In this document: positions 6,489 to 15,800 of the stretch, piece after piece
How the letters are laid out: the number at the start of each line of letters is the position of its first letter
How positions within the stretch are numbered: the first letter of the stretch is position 1
Assembly (NCBI GenBank): GCA_017442025.1
Contig: JAFSBD010000042.1
Coordinates: 1 to 25,929 of the forward strand
DNA: 25,929 nucleotides
Reading direction: 5' to 3'
Origin: Clostridia bacterium
GTDB taxonomy: Bacteria; Bacillota; Clostridia; Oscillospirales; QAKW01
Made by a program: the position numbers and the translations under genes
Notes under the pieces: generated by a model
The model's input: the letters and a program-made list of their open reading frames with translations, nothing else
Database searches by the model: none
Told to the model about the DNA's origin: nothing

Positions 6489-6526
6489 TGAAATAAAATC
6501 TTTAGATGCTTAAAGATTTTATTTCA
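6489..6526. repeat. 16-bp perfect inverted repeat spanning the mgtC stop codon
   Basis: TGAAATAAAATCTTTA-gatgct-TAAAGATTTTATTTCA. Confidence 0.85.
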
Positions 6527-7206
6527 GGATGTTCATCCATAAATTTCAAAACTTCACTAAAGGGAATATTCTGCTTCATTCGCACCTGCAGGATCATATT
6601 AAGGGTATTATCGGCGCAGGTAGTGATGCGGGAGGAAACGATGGTGATGCCCAGTTCCTGTTGCTTTTCCTTTAAGATGGCGCGGATCTCGGGGGTATCC
6701 ACCAAGGTCATGCGGATCTCGCCGTTGGAATAGGCATCGTAGCCCACGTTGAAATGGTGCATCAGCAACTGAACGCCAAGGATCAGCACCGCCATAAAGA
6801 TGGCGACCCAATAGAGCCCGCTCCCGCAAGCCATACCGACCGCGGCGGTGGCCCAGATGCCTGCGGCGGTGGTGAGGCCCTTCACGGTGTTGCCGTTCTT
6901 ATAGATAACGCCCGCGCCCAAGAAGGAGATGCCGGTTACCACCTGGGCGGCGATACGGGCAGGATCAGCGCCCCGAGAGCCCACCGCATCGGCCATATCA
7001 AAGAAGGCGTATTTGGAGATAACCATAAAGAGGGCGGCCGCCCCTGCGATGATGCAGTGGGTGCGGATGCCGGCTTCTTTGGAACGCTTAGTACGCTCCA
7101 GACCGATGATGGCGCCCAGGAAGGTGGCCAGAATGATGCGCAGAAGATAGATCAGCATCGGGTGTTGAACGAAAAATTCTTTTATAATGTTTAAAACAGC
7201 AGCCAT
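6502..7206 (-). CDS. MgtC/SapB family membrane protein (canonical copy)
   Basis: GLERT, AGIRTH, DPARIAAQVVTGISFLGAG, GLTTAAGIWATAAVGMACG; C-terminal soluble ACT-like domain. Confidence 0.92.
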   Translation of the reverse strand: MAAVLNIIKEFFVQHPMLIYLLRIILATFLGAIIGLERTKRSKEAGIRTHCIIAGAAALFMVISKYAFFDMADAVGSRGADPARIAAQVVTGISFLGAGVIYKNGNTVKGLTTAAGIWATAAVGMACGSGLYWVAIFMAVLILGVQLLMHHFNVGYDAYSNGEIRMTLVDTPEIRAILKEKQQELGITIVSSRITTCADNTLNMILQVRMKQNIPFSEVLKFMDEHPEIKSLSI

Positions 7207-7219
7207 GATAATGCTCCTT

Positions 7220-7924
7220 TTATATTGATATTTCGGTGATTTCAGGGTGGGCCTTCAAGAAATGATAAACATCCTCGAAGGATATGCTTCGGGGGGTGCG
7301 GATCTGGAGATAGATGGAGACCGAACCGTCGGCGCGGGTGCGGCCGTAGCGGGCGGAGACCACCTGGATCTGATATTCCTCTTTTTTCTCCTTCAGCATC
7401 CTGCGAAGCGCGGGAGTGTTTTGCACCTTCAGATAAAGAACGCGGATGGGCGCAATATAAACATGGTTAAAGGCGATCAACCGCGGGATCAAAAGGAAGA
7501 GCAGGGTGGTCAAAATTCCCAACAGCAAAAGTCCGCTCCCGCAGGCCATGCCGATGGCGGCGGTGGCCCAGATGCCTGCGGCGGTGGTCAGGCCTGAAAC
7601 GGTATCCTGATCCACCTTATTGAAGATGATCCCCGCGCCCAGAAAACCCGAGCCGTCGATAATGTAGCAGGCGATCACCGTTGGGTCAAAGCCCTGCAGC
7701 CCCGCGCCCTTGGCAAGATCAAAAAAGGCGTATTTGGAAAGGATCATAAAGAGCGCCGCGCCGCCCGCCAGAATGGCGTGGGTGCGCAATCCTGCGTGCT
7801 TGGAGCGAAAAGAACGCTCCATTCCCAAGAATGCACCGCATAAAACGGCGATCAGCAAGCGAAAGGAGTAGTCTACCTGCGGTAAGGTAAGAAATCCTTG
7901 CAATATTTCATTCAAGCGCGCCAC
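7220..7924 (-). CDS. MgtC/SapB family membrane protein (divergent paralog)
   Basis: GMERS, AGLRTH, DPTVIACYIIDGSGFLGAG, GLTTAAGIWATAAIGMACG; GTG start with AAAGGAG RBS. Confidence 0.9.
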   Translation of the reverse strand: MARLNEILQGFLTLPQVDYSFRLLIAVLCGAFLGMERSFRSKHAGLRTHAILAGGAALFMILSKYAFFDLAKGAGLQGFDPTVIACYIIDGSGFLGAGIIFNKVDQDTVSGLTTAAGIWATAAIGMACGSGLLLLGILTTLLFLLIPRLIAFNHVYIAPIRVLYLKVQNTPALRRMLKEKKEEYQIQVVSARYGRTRADGSVSIYLQIRTPRSISFEDVYHFLKAHPEITEISI

Positions 7925-7948
7925 TCCTTTCCTGTTTTATAAAAATTT

Positions 7949-7977
7949 ATTATAATATATATGAGAAGAAAAGTCAA
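7949..7977 (-). promoter_or_regulatory. SigA promoter for the mgtC run
   Basis: Minus strand TTGACT (7977-7972), 17 bp, TATAAT (7954-7949). Confidence 0.75.
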
Positions 7978-8003
7978 CCGCATGCCTTCATAAGAAAAAA
8001 GCC

Positions 8004-8032
8004 TTGCAATTTCTTGGAAAAAAAGTTACAAT
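8004..8032 (+). promoter_or_regulatory. SigA promoter for the dual-HTH regulator
   Basis: TTGCAA (8004-8009), 17 bp, TACAAT (8027-8032). Confidence 0.65.
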
Positions 8033-8127
8033 AAATACGGCAAGGCGAACAATATAATATTCGCCAAAACGAATGATAAAACGGCGTTAAAACGAATAAT
8101 ATGTCGGTTTTCGGGAGGGCAACCGGG

Positions 8128-9369
8128 ATGGATTATAAAAAAATCAGTGAGATTTCGATGGAGTGGGGGATTTCGCCCCGCCGCATTCAGGCCTTATGCG
8201 CCCAGGGGAAGATTGAGGGCGCGGTCCGCTTCGGGCGGGATTGGATGATCCCCAAAAATGCGGCGCGGCCGATGGACGGGCGGACCAGAGCAGGGCGGGA
8301 AAAAGAGGCGGCAGAGGGCAAGATGCCCATGCCCCGCAAAACCCCCTTTTTATATATGACCGATCTCTATAGCGTGCCGGGGAGTGCCGAGCTTTGCGCC
8401 CAGAACCTGGCGGATAATCATGAGGCGCAGGTGCTTTTTGAGGCGGAGATCGCCTATTCCCGCGGGGAGATCGATCGAGTCTATGATCGGGCCAATTATC
8501 TGCTCCATAAGCATTCGGGGTTTTATGCGGTGCTTTCCGCCGGAATGCTGCTGGCCCTTTGCGCCATCTGGCGGGGGGATCTGCAGATGTGGCGCAAGGC
8601 AAAAAAGCATATTGCGGAAGCGCCCGCGAAAAACGATCATGATCGGGACCTGATGGCCTTTTCCATCACCGCGGTGGATAGCATGCTTTATGATACCACC
8701 TCTTTCCCCGAATGGTTCAAGATCGGTTGCTTTGAACCGCTGCATCGGGATGCGTTGCCCGCCTGCAAGGTCTTTTATGGGAAATATCTTTATGCAACGG
8801 CTTATGCGGTGGCAACCAAGGAGCTGGAGCTGCGGGGGGCGCAAGGGCTTTCGGTGATGAAGATGGTGCCCCTTGCCATCGAGCCGATGGTCTCCCAGGC
8901 GATGGCGGATCAAGCGATTGTTGCGGAGATCTATCTGCGGATGATCTGCGCGGCGGTCTACCGCACCGCCGGCAACGATGCCCGGGCGATCCTCCATCTG
9001 GATCGGGCCATTGAGCTGGCAATGCCCGATCGGTTTTATGGCCTGCTGGCGGAATACTGCCGCGTTTTGGGGCCCCTTTTGGAGCAGAGGCTTTCTTTGG
9101 CGGATCCCATGGCCTGGGAGCAGGTAAAAGAGCTTTATAAGATCTATAATGAAGGCTGGACCAAGCTGAGCGGAAGTGTGCGCGGGAAGGTGCTCGCCAC
9201 CACCCTCTCCCAGCGGGAGCGGGAGGTGGCAAAGCTGGCCGCCTTCGGGATGCAAAACAGCGAGATCGCCGAGAAGCTCCATATCTCCCTCTCGGGGGTC
9301 AAGCAGGCGGTGCGGATCGTTTCGGAAAAGACCGGCGTCGGTCGGGATGAGTTTGCGGCGGTGCTTTGA
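8128..9369 (+). CDS. Transcriptional regulator: N-terminal excisionase-like HTH, helical core, C-terminal LuxR HTH
   Basis: N-term MDYKKISEISMEWGISPRRIQALCAQGKIEGAVRFGRDWMIP; C-term LSQREREVAKLAAFGMQNSEIAEKLHISLSGVK; GGGAGG RBS favours ATG 8128 over 8101. Confidence 0.85.
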   Translation: MDYKKISEISMEWGISPRRIQALCAQGKIEGAVRFGRDWMIPKNAARPMDGRTRAGREKEAAEGKMPMPRKTPFLYMTDLYSVPGSAELCAQNLADNHEAQVLFEAEIAYSRGEIDRVYDRANYLLHKHSGFYAVLSAGMLLALCAIWRGDLQMWRKAKKHIAEAPAKNDHDRDLMAFSITAVDSMLYDTTSFPEWFKIGCFEPLHRDALPACKVFYGKYLYATAYAVATKELELRGAQGLSVMKMVPLAIEPMVSQAMADQAIVAEIYLRMICAAVYRTAGNDARAILHLDRAIELAMPDRFYGLLAEYCRVLGPLLEQRLSLADPMAWEQVKELYKIYNEGWTKLSGSVRGKVLATTLSQREREVAKLAAFGMQNSEIAEKLHISLSGVKQAVRIVSEKTGVGRDEFAAVL

Positions 9370-9463
9370 GCCGATATATCCCAAAACGCTTCAAAAGATA
9401 TATTTTGACCGCCGAAATATGACCAAAAAAATCCATTTTAGGTAATAAAAAAACAAAAGAAGG

Positions 9464-9503
9464 TCTGCTATACTGTTAGCGTAAACAGTATAGCAGATTT
9501 TTT
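9464..9503 (+). terminator. Terminator hairpin containing an extended -10 element
   Basis: TCTGCTATACTGTT-agcgta-AACAGTATAGCAGA + TTTTTT; TG-C-TATACT at 9466-9474 lies in the left arm. Confidence 0.7.
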
Positions 9504-9523
9504 ATCTGCAGAAAGGAGCTGCG

Positions 9524-9874
9524 ATGCTGAATGCCTTATTATCAAAAGACATAAAAGAACCGCAACCCCAGGCGGGCGATCTTTATAAAGAAATAGAGAT
9601 CTTCGGGAAAACCTTTCATATTTATTACGGATATTATGATGAATGCGAGCAGGATAATCCTTTGGTGGACCCCATGCCGATCTATCCCGATTTCTTAAAA
9701 GATCCCCAACATACCGAAGAAGGCTATGCCTTTGTTACCAAAATGCAGGACGCCTGCAAACATTATGACGGAAAGCCGAGCGAATATAAAGAATGTGCCG
9801 AATGTGCTTATTACCATCACGGCGAGGAACTGCTCGGCATCTGCACCTATCCCGAAAGGATGAAGGAGGAATGA
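9524..9874 (+). CDS. Small Cys-rich hypothetical protein
   Basis: 116 aa with AAAGGAG RBS; C-terminal C-x12-C-x2-C-x11-C; stop overlaps the adhesin translation-initiation region. Confidence 0.8.
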   Translation: MLNALLSKDIKEPQPQAGDLYKEIEIFGKTFHIYYGYYDECEQDNPLVDPMPIYPDFLKDPQHTEEGYAFVTKMQDACKHYDGKPSEYKECAECAYYHHGEELLGICTYPERMKEE

Positions 9875-9876
9875 AC

Positions 9877-12800
9877 ATGAACAAAACCATCTTTAAAAGA
9901 ACCGTCAGCATCATTTTAAGTATAGTCATGCTGATCTCCTGCCTGCCCATCGTTGGCATGGCGGCAGCGGGAAGCAGCACATCGGTTGCGGACCCCAAAA
10001 CGTTAAGTGATTGGGAAAATTGGTTTTCTTCGGAGAGCAGCCGTTATGCCGGCGGCGTTTTCCTGGATAAATCGGTTTATACCGCAACCGAAGCAAAGGC
10101 CGATGATTATTTTGAGGATATCCGAAGCTTGTTATCCTTCGGAACGGATTCTTTCGGAAACGAGAATTTCATGGTAGCTCTTTCCGCACTTGGATCCAAC
10201 TCGGAGGTGCTTGGCTATTCTCATACACCGACCGACACTATGTTGGTGCTCGATGCCAGCACCAGCATGGGCACCGGAGATGCCTCCTCCTCTTCCATCG
10301 ATGATATGGTCTCCGGAGCCAATGAGGCGATCAAGCGTTTGCTTGCGCTGAATAATTATAACCGCGTGGGCGTTGTTATTTATAACGGTACCGCCTCGGT
10401 TTTGTTGCCCCTCGACCGTTATGTTGCGGGCAACGCCAATGGCGACATTCTTCGTTTTGAGCGAAGCAGAACCGGCGGTTCCGGCTCCTGGCGGGATCCT
10501 TATACCTATGAAAACCGCATTTATGTTGCATCCGATGTGAAAGACAGCAACGGAGCGAATGTGGCAACCACCTATAACGCACAGGCGCAGGGTACCTATA
10601 CCCAAGGCGGCATTTATGCGGCCGCGCAGGAATTTTTGCGCGCCGATACCGTTATTGAGGATGGCAAGATCCAGGGCGGAACAAACCGTATGCCCATTAT
10701 GGTCTTGATGACCGACGGTGAGCCTTCTTATCGCACACAGACCGGCAGCAACACAACCATCAACAAGTATAACGTTGCAAGCAATAATAATGCCGACAGA
10801 AGCAACTTCCGCGAGGATGATGTTACCGCCTTCAGCACCATGCTGACCGCGGCCTGGGCCGAAGCGGAGATCACCGCCCATTATAATATGGATACCCGCT
10901 TTTATACCTTGGGGTATGCCCTTTCTGCCAACCATCAGTATGCGCAGAACGTTTTGGATCCCATGAATCCCAATAATGCGTTGGCCGCTCGTTTTTCGGG
11001 CTATGCAACCCAATATCTGGCGATGAACCAAAACGCAACCGCCGCCTTTCGCAACGAAAACAATCAGCAAGTCTTTCGCGTAACCAGAGCCACTTCCCCG
11101 GAAAGGGTAAAGACGCTGGATTATGTTGATAAATATTGGCAGGCCGCGCAGGCCTCCCAGCTTTCGGCGGCCTTTGATGAGATCGTGGATGAGATCATCA
11201 TTCAGTCGCGGTACTACAGCACCTTGGTTTCCAACAATAACTATGCGCAGGACGGCTTTATTTCCTTCACCGATGAGATCGGCACCTATATGGAAGTAAA
11301 GGACATTAAGGGCATCTATATCGGCGACGGCAAGCTGGTTTCCGGCGGAATGTTTGCCGAGTTTGCAACCACCGGGAAGGTGGCGGATTACGATCAATCC
11401 AACTATTCCGAGGCGGAATTGGAAGGGTTTGAAAATGAAATCTTAAACGCCGTTTCCGAGCGGTTCGGCATCTCCCTTTCCGAAGCGATGCTGCTGATCA
11501 ATACCGCCAAAGAAAACGGCTATATCTCCTATACCTCTCCCGATGCGTTTTCCAACTATATTGCTTGGTATGCCGATGAGGATAATAATTATATTGCTCC
11601 CTTTACCAACGCAAATATTTCGGCGCAAAACAATGCAAAATATATCGTTCGCTCCTATTTTTATATGGGCGATGTTACCCAAAACCGTGTGGAGACCTCC
11701 ATGCTCTATGCGCTGGTGCGGGTACGAGAGGATATCGAGACCGGCCGCCAGATCGTGGATATGAATGTCCCTGCGGCCCTCCTGCCGATGGTTACCTATA
11801 CCATCACCGTTGACGGCGATACGCTGACCCAGCAGAATATAACGGGAATGACCTGCGAGCAGGAAAAGCCCATCTCACTGCTTTATGAGGTGGGGCTGGA
11901 TCGCGCGATCAATCCCATCAATATCGGCGAGAAGGTGGGCGAGAGCTTCCGCAAGGATGCCGATGGCGTTTATACCTTCTATACCAACCGTTGGAGAGAT
12001 GATGCGGGGAACCCCTTTGGTTATGTTGCAGGCTCCGCGCATTTCACCCCTCCCGCCGATCCCGATCCCCATGTTTTCAACCATGGGATCATGAATACCA
12101 CCGTTACCCAGTTCATCCCCTCCCTGGAAAATGAACGGTATTATTTCACCGAGAATAAGCAGATTCTGGACCAAAACCATCATGTTTATAGCGGCAGCAA
12201 GCCGACTGCAAGCGGGGAATACTATGTTCCCTATCATTGGGTAGAGGTTCATAACAATCAAGCCGAGCTCAAGACCGCCTACGATAAGGTATCCTCCGAG
12301 ATCTTTAAAAAGGCAGAAAATGTTATTGAGATCGACGGAAAAACCGGCTGGTTTATTAAGAAGGGCACCCCGCAGTACTACTTCGGCGAAGAGATCGACG
12401 GGGAGCAGGCCCACAGCCATAAAACCGCCAATACAACCAACACCCTCGCCTTCTCGGATTATCCCCAGGTGGTTTATCATGAGTCGGAGGGTCATACCGG
12501 CTATCATATGCTCAATTACCATGGGAATAACGGCCGCATCAATGCGGAGCCTGCCCAGGGAATTAAGCTGAGCAAGACGGTGGAAGAGGCAGTTGAAGGC
12601 GCGCCCGATTCCTTCGACTTTGAAATCGCATTAAGCGGAACCCAACTGGCGGCATCCTATCCGGTTTATATTGAGCACGCAGACGGAACCGCAACCACCG
12701 CAACGAAAAATGTTGAGGGCGGAAAGCTGACCGTTACCCTTGCCGATGGGGATGTGGCGTATATCTATGACCTTCCTGTCGGAACAGAGTATACGGTGAA

Positions 12801-15800
12801 AGAGGGAGATAACGCCTATTATGCGCCCTCCTCTTCCAATGCGAGCGGAACGGTTGCGCTCCACACGCTCTCTGCGGTGGACTTTAAGAATCATCCCAAG
12901 ACCTACGGCAGCCTGCTGGTGGCCAAGGCTGTTACCCATCCCTTTGGAACCGAAGCGATCCCCCAAGCCCTGATCGATAAGAAATTTGATATCACCGTTG
13001 CCTTTGAAGGTTCTGCCGAAGAACTTGAAAAGATCGAGGCTCCCAACGGGATCACCTCCGCCGATAACAATAAGACCTTCCGTTTTACCCTTACCGACGG
13101 AACCGACGTTTTGTTTACCAACATTCCCGAGGGAGTTGGCTATAAGGTAACCGAAAGCAATCTGCCGGCAGGCTTCACCTTAGTTACGCCCGCCGCCGCG
13201 CTGGAGGGAACCATTCAAAAGGATCACCAAAGCAACGCAGAGCTGGTCAACAATTATGCGCCTGCTCCCGTTGATCCGAATATCACTTTAACCGGAACGA
13301 AAACCATCCCCGATTTTACCTGGACCGCAGGCACCTTCGAGGTTGCCCTGCAGCAGGTGCGCATCGGCGGCAACGAAACCACCAATATCGGCGCGCCCAT
13401 CATCATCGGCTCGATGAAGCCCGATGGGAAAACCTATACCTTTAAGGATCTCGCCCCCTATGATCGGGTTGGGCATTACTCTTATATGGTTTATGAGGTG
13501 GAGCCCGCCAATAAGGTTGCGGATATTGCCTATGATAAAACCTTCGGGTTGTTTACCGTTGTTGTTACCGATGAGGATGTCGATGGGGCGCTGGAGGTTT
13601 CGGAGGTAATCGTCCATTATGGCAGCGCGGCCCTTTCGGGAGATCGGCAGAGCGGCTGGACCGTAACCAAGGATTTCACCAACCTGCATCTGGCAGAAAC
13701 CGAGACCTTTACCGTGCAAAAATCCATCAACGGTTCTACCGCCGATCACGCGCATGATTCGGGCATTTTGTTTGGCTTGTTTGCCGATAAGCAGGATGCC
13801 GATCCGATCTATGCGGCGTTGACCGATGAGACCGGTGCGGCAGAGTTTACCATCAATATTTTGCAGAGTGATTTCAGAAATGCGGTAACCTATTATCTGC
13901 GGGAGATCGCTCCCTTGGAAGAGGACCGTGTTGTCGGGATGACTTATGATACCGATTGGAAGTATTCGGTAACCATCCATTGGCCCGACGGTGCCGCAGA
14001 ACCCACCGTTACCTATAAGACGGAGGGCGGCAATGAAGTGGGCAAGACCGAGCTGATCATCGATAATGCTTATGACAGCAATGTTCCCCCGCCCTCCATC
14101 GTCTTCCGCGGCAAAAAGACCCTCAACGGCGGAGCGCTCCGAGCGGGCGATGCCTTCACCTTTGAGCTTTATGAGACCGACGGCGATTTCCTGACCGACG
14201 GACTCTCTGCCAAGCAAACAAAGGTGGTTACCGATGCCAACGGAACCATTCCCTTCGACGCGGTTTCCTTCAACAGCACCGGAACCAAGTATATCGTTGT
14301 TCAAGAGGTACGCGGCGCGGCCGACGGCATTACCTACGATGCAACGCAATACCATATCACGCTGGATGTGGTCAAGGGCTTGGATGCCTCCGGCAAGACC
14401 GTCCTCAAGATCGATGAAAACACGCTTCACATTCATAAGACCGGCCATGGGGATGTTGGCGCAGAGGAACTGAACTTCAATAACACCTATGCCGTAAACG
14501 ATGAGGAAGAAGTGGTTGTCTGCGGCAAAAAGACGCTCCACGGCAGAACCCTGGTTGAGGGCGAGTTTGAATTTGAGATTCTGGCTCAAACCGCCAATGC
14601 GCCCTTGCCCGCAAAAACCAAGGTCAAAAACGACCTGAACGGGAATTTTGCCTTCCCTGCCATCCGCTATGATGTGGCGGATAAAGGGGTTGGCTATCAG
14701 GCGGAGTATGCCTATACCATCCGCGAGGTTGTTCCCGCCGATGCCGATAAAAAGGGCATCACCTATAATTCCAACGGCAAGAGCGCGTATACGCTGGTCG
14801 TTCGGCTGGAGGACGACGGCCTGGGCGGAATTAAAAAGACCGTTACCCTCGATGGGCAGGCCGTTGCCGATGTAACGGTTGCCTTTGAAAACACCTATGG
14901 TGCGGCAGCAACAAATCTTACCTTCCGCGGAACCAAGACCTTCAATAAAGAACGCGGAGAATTCACCTTTGCCCTTTATGAGACCGGCAAAGAGTTCGCC
15001 ATCCGTTCCGCCGCGGTCAAGACGGCGAAAGCAACCGTTGCAAACGGAAGCGGAGCATATTCCATCAACCTGGAGTATGCAAGCGCGGATAAGGGGTATC
15101 ACTATTATGTGATCAAAGAGGTAGTCCCTGCCGCGGCCAACGGCATCTCTTATGATGTTGCCGAGTATCATATCACCGTTAACGTTTTGGATAACGGCCA
15201 TGGCGAATTGGAGGCTCATGTGATGAGCATTCATAAGGCCCATACCTCCGAAACAGCCACCAAAGATACCTTGAATTTCGCCAATGTTTATGAGGCGGCC
15301 CCAACCGAATATGCGCTGAAGGGCAAGAAGACCTTGGTTGGAAAAGAGCTGAAAGCGGATCTCTTTGAATTCCGCCTGAGCGATAACGCCGGCGAGATCG
15401 CCACCGTTAAAAATGCGGCGGATGGCAGCTTTGCCTTCCCTCTGCAAACGCTGGATGAGGCGCGGGATTATGTCTTCTATGTGGAAGAGATCAACGGCGG
15501 TTCCACCATCAAGGGCATTGCCTATGATGCGGCGACCTTTACCGTTACCATCCCGGTCCTGGATGATGGCCTGGGTCAGCTTTATGTGGATGAGGCCAAT
15601 ATCAAGATCCAAAAAGAGGTTGCCAATCAGAAAACAGATGTTTCCGAGATCTCTTTTACCAATGAGTATAGCGCCACCGCAACGGATGAGCTCTATCTCG
15701 AGGGTGTAAAGCAGATCGATGGAACCACCTTGAAGAAGGGCGATTTCACCTTTGAGCTTTATGAAGCGGATAAAAACTTCAAAAAGGGCGCATTCCTCAA

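Noticed and set aside
8350-9384. Long antisense ORFs over the regulator, nadC (19397-20218), radC (4735-5439) and GH78 (24557-25207)
   Set aside because: They fully overlap well-supported genes on the opposite strand and have no recognisable domains.
9793-9876. Upstream in-frame start for the adhesin given by the ORF track
   Set aside because: It overlaps the Cys-rich gene. The RBS and signal peptide fit ATG 9877 (or 9871).
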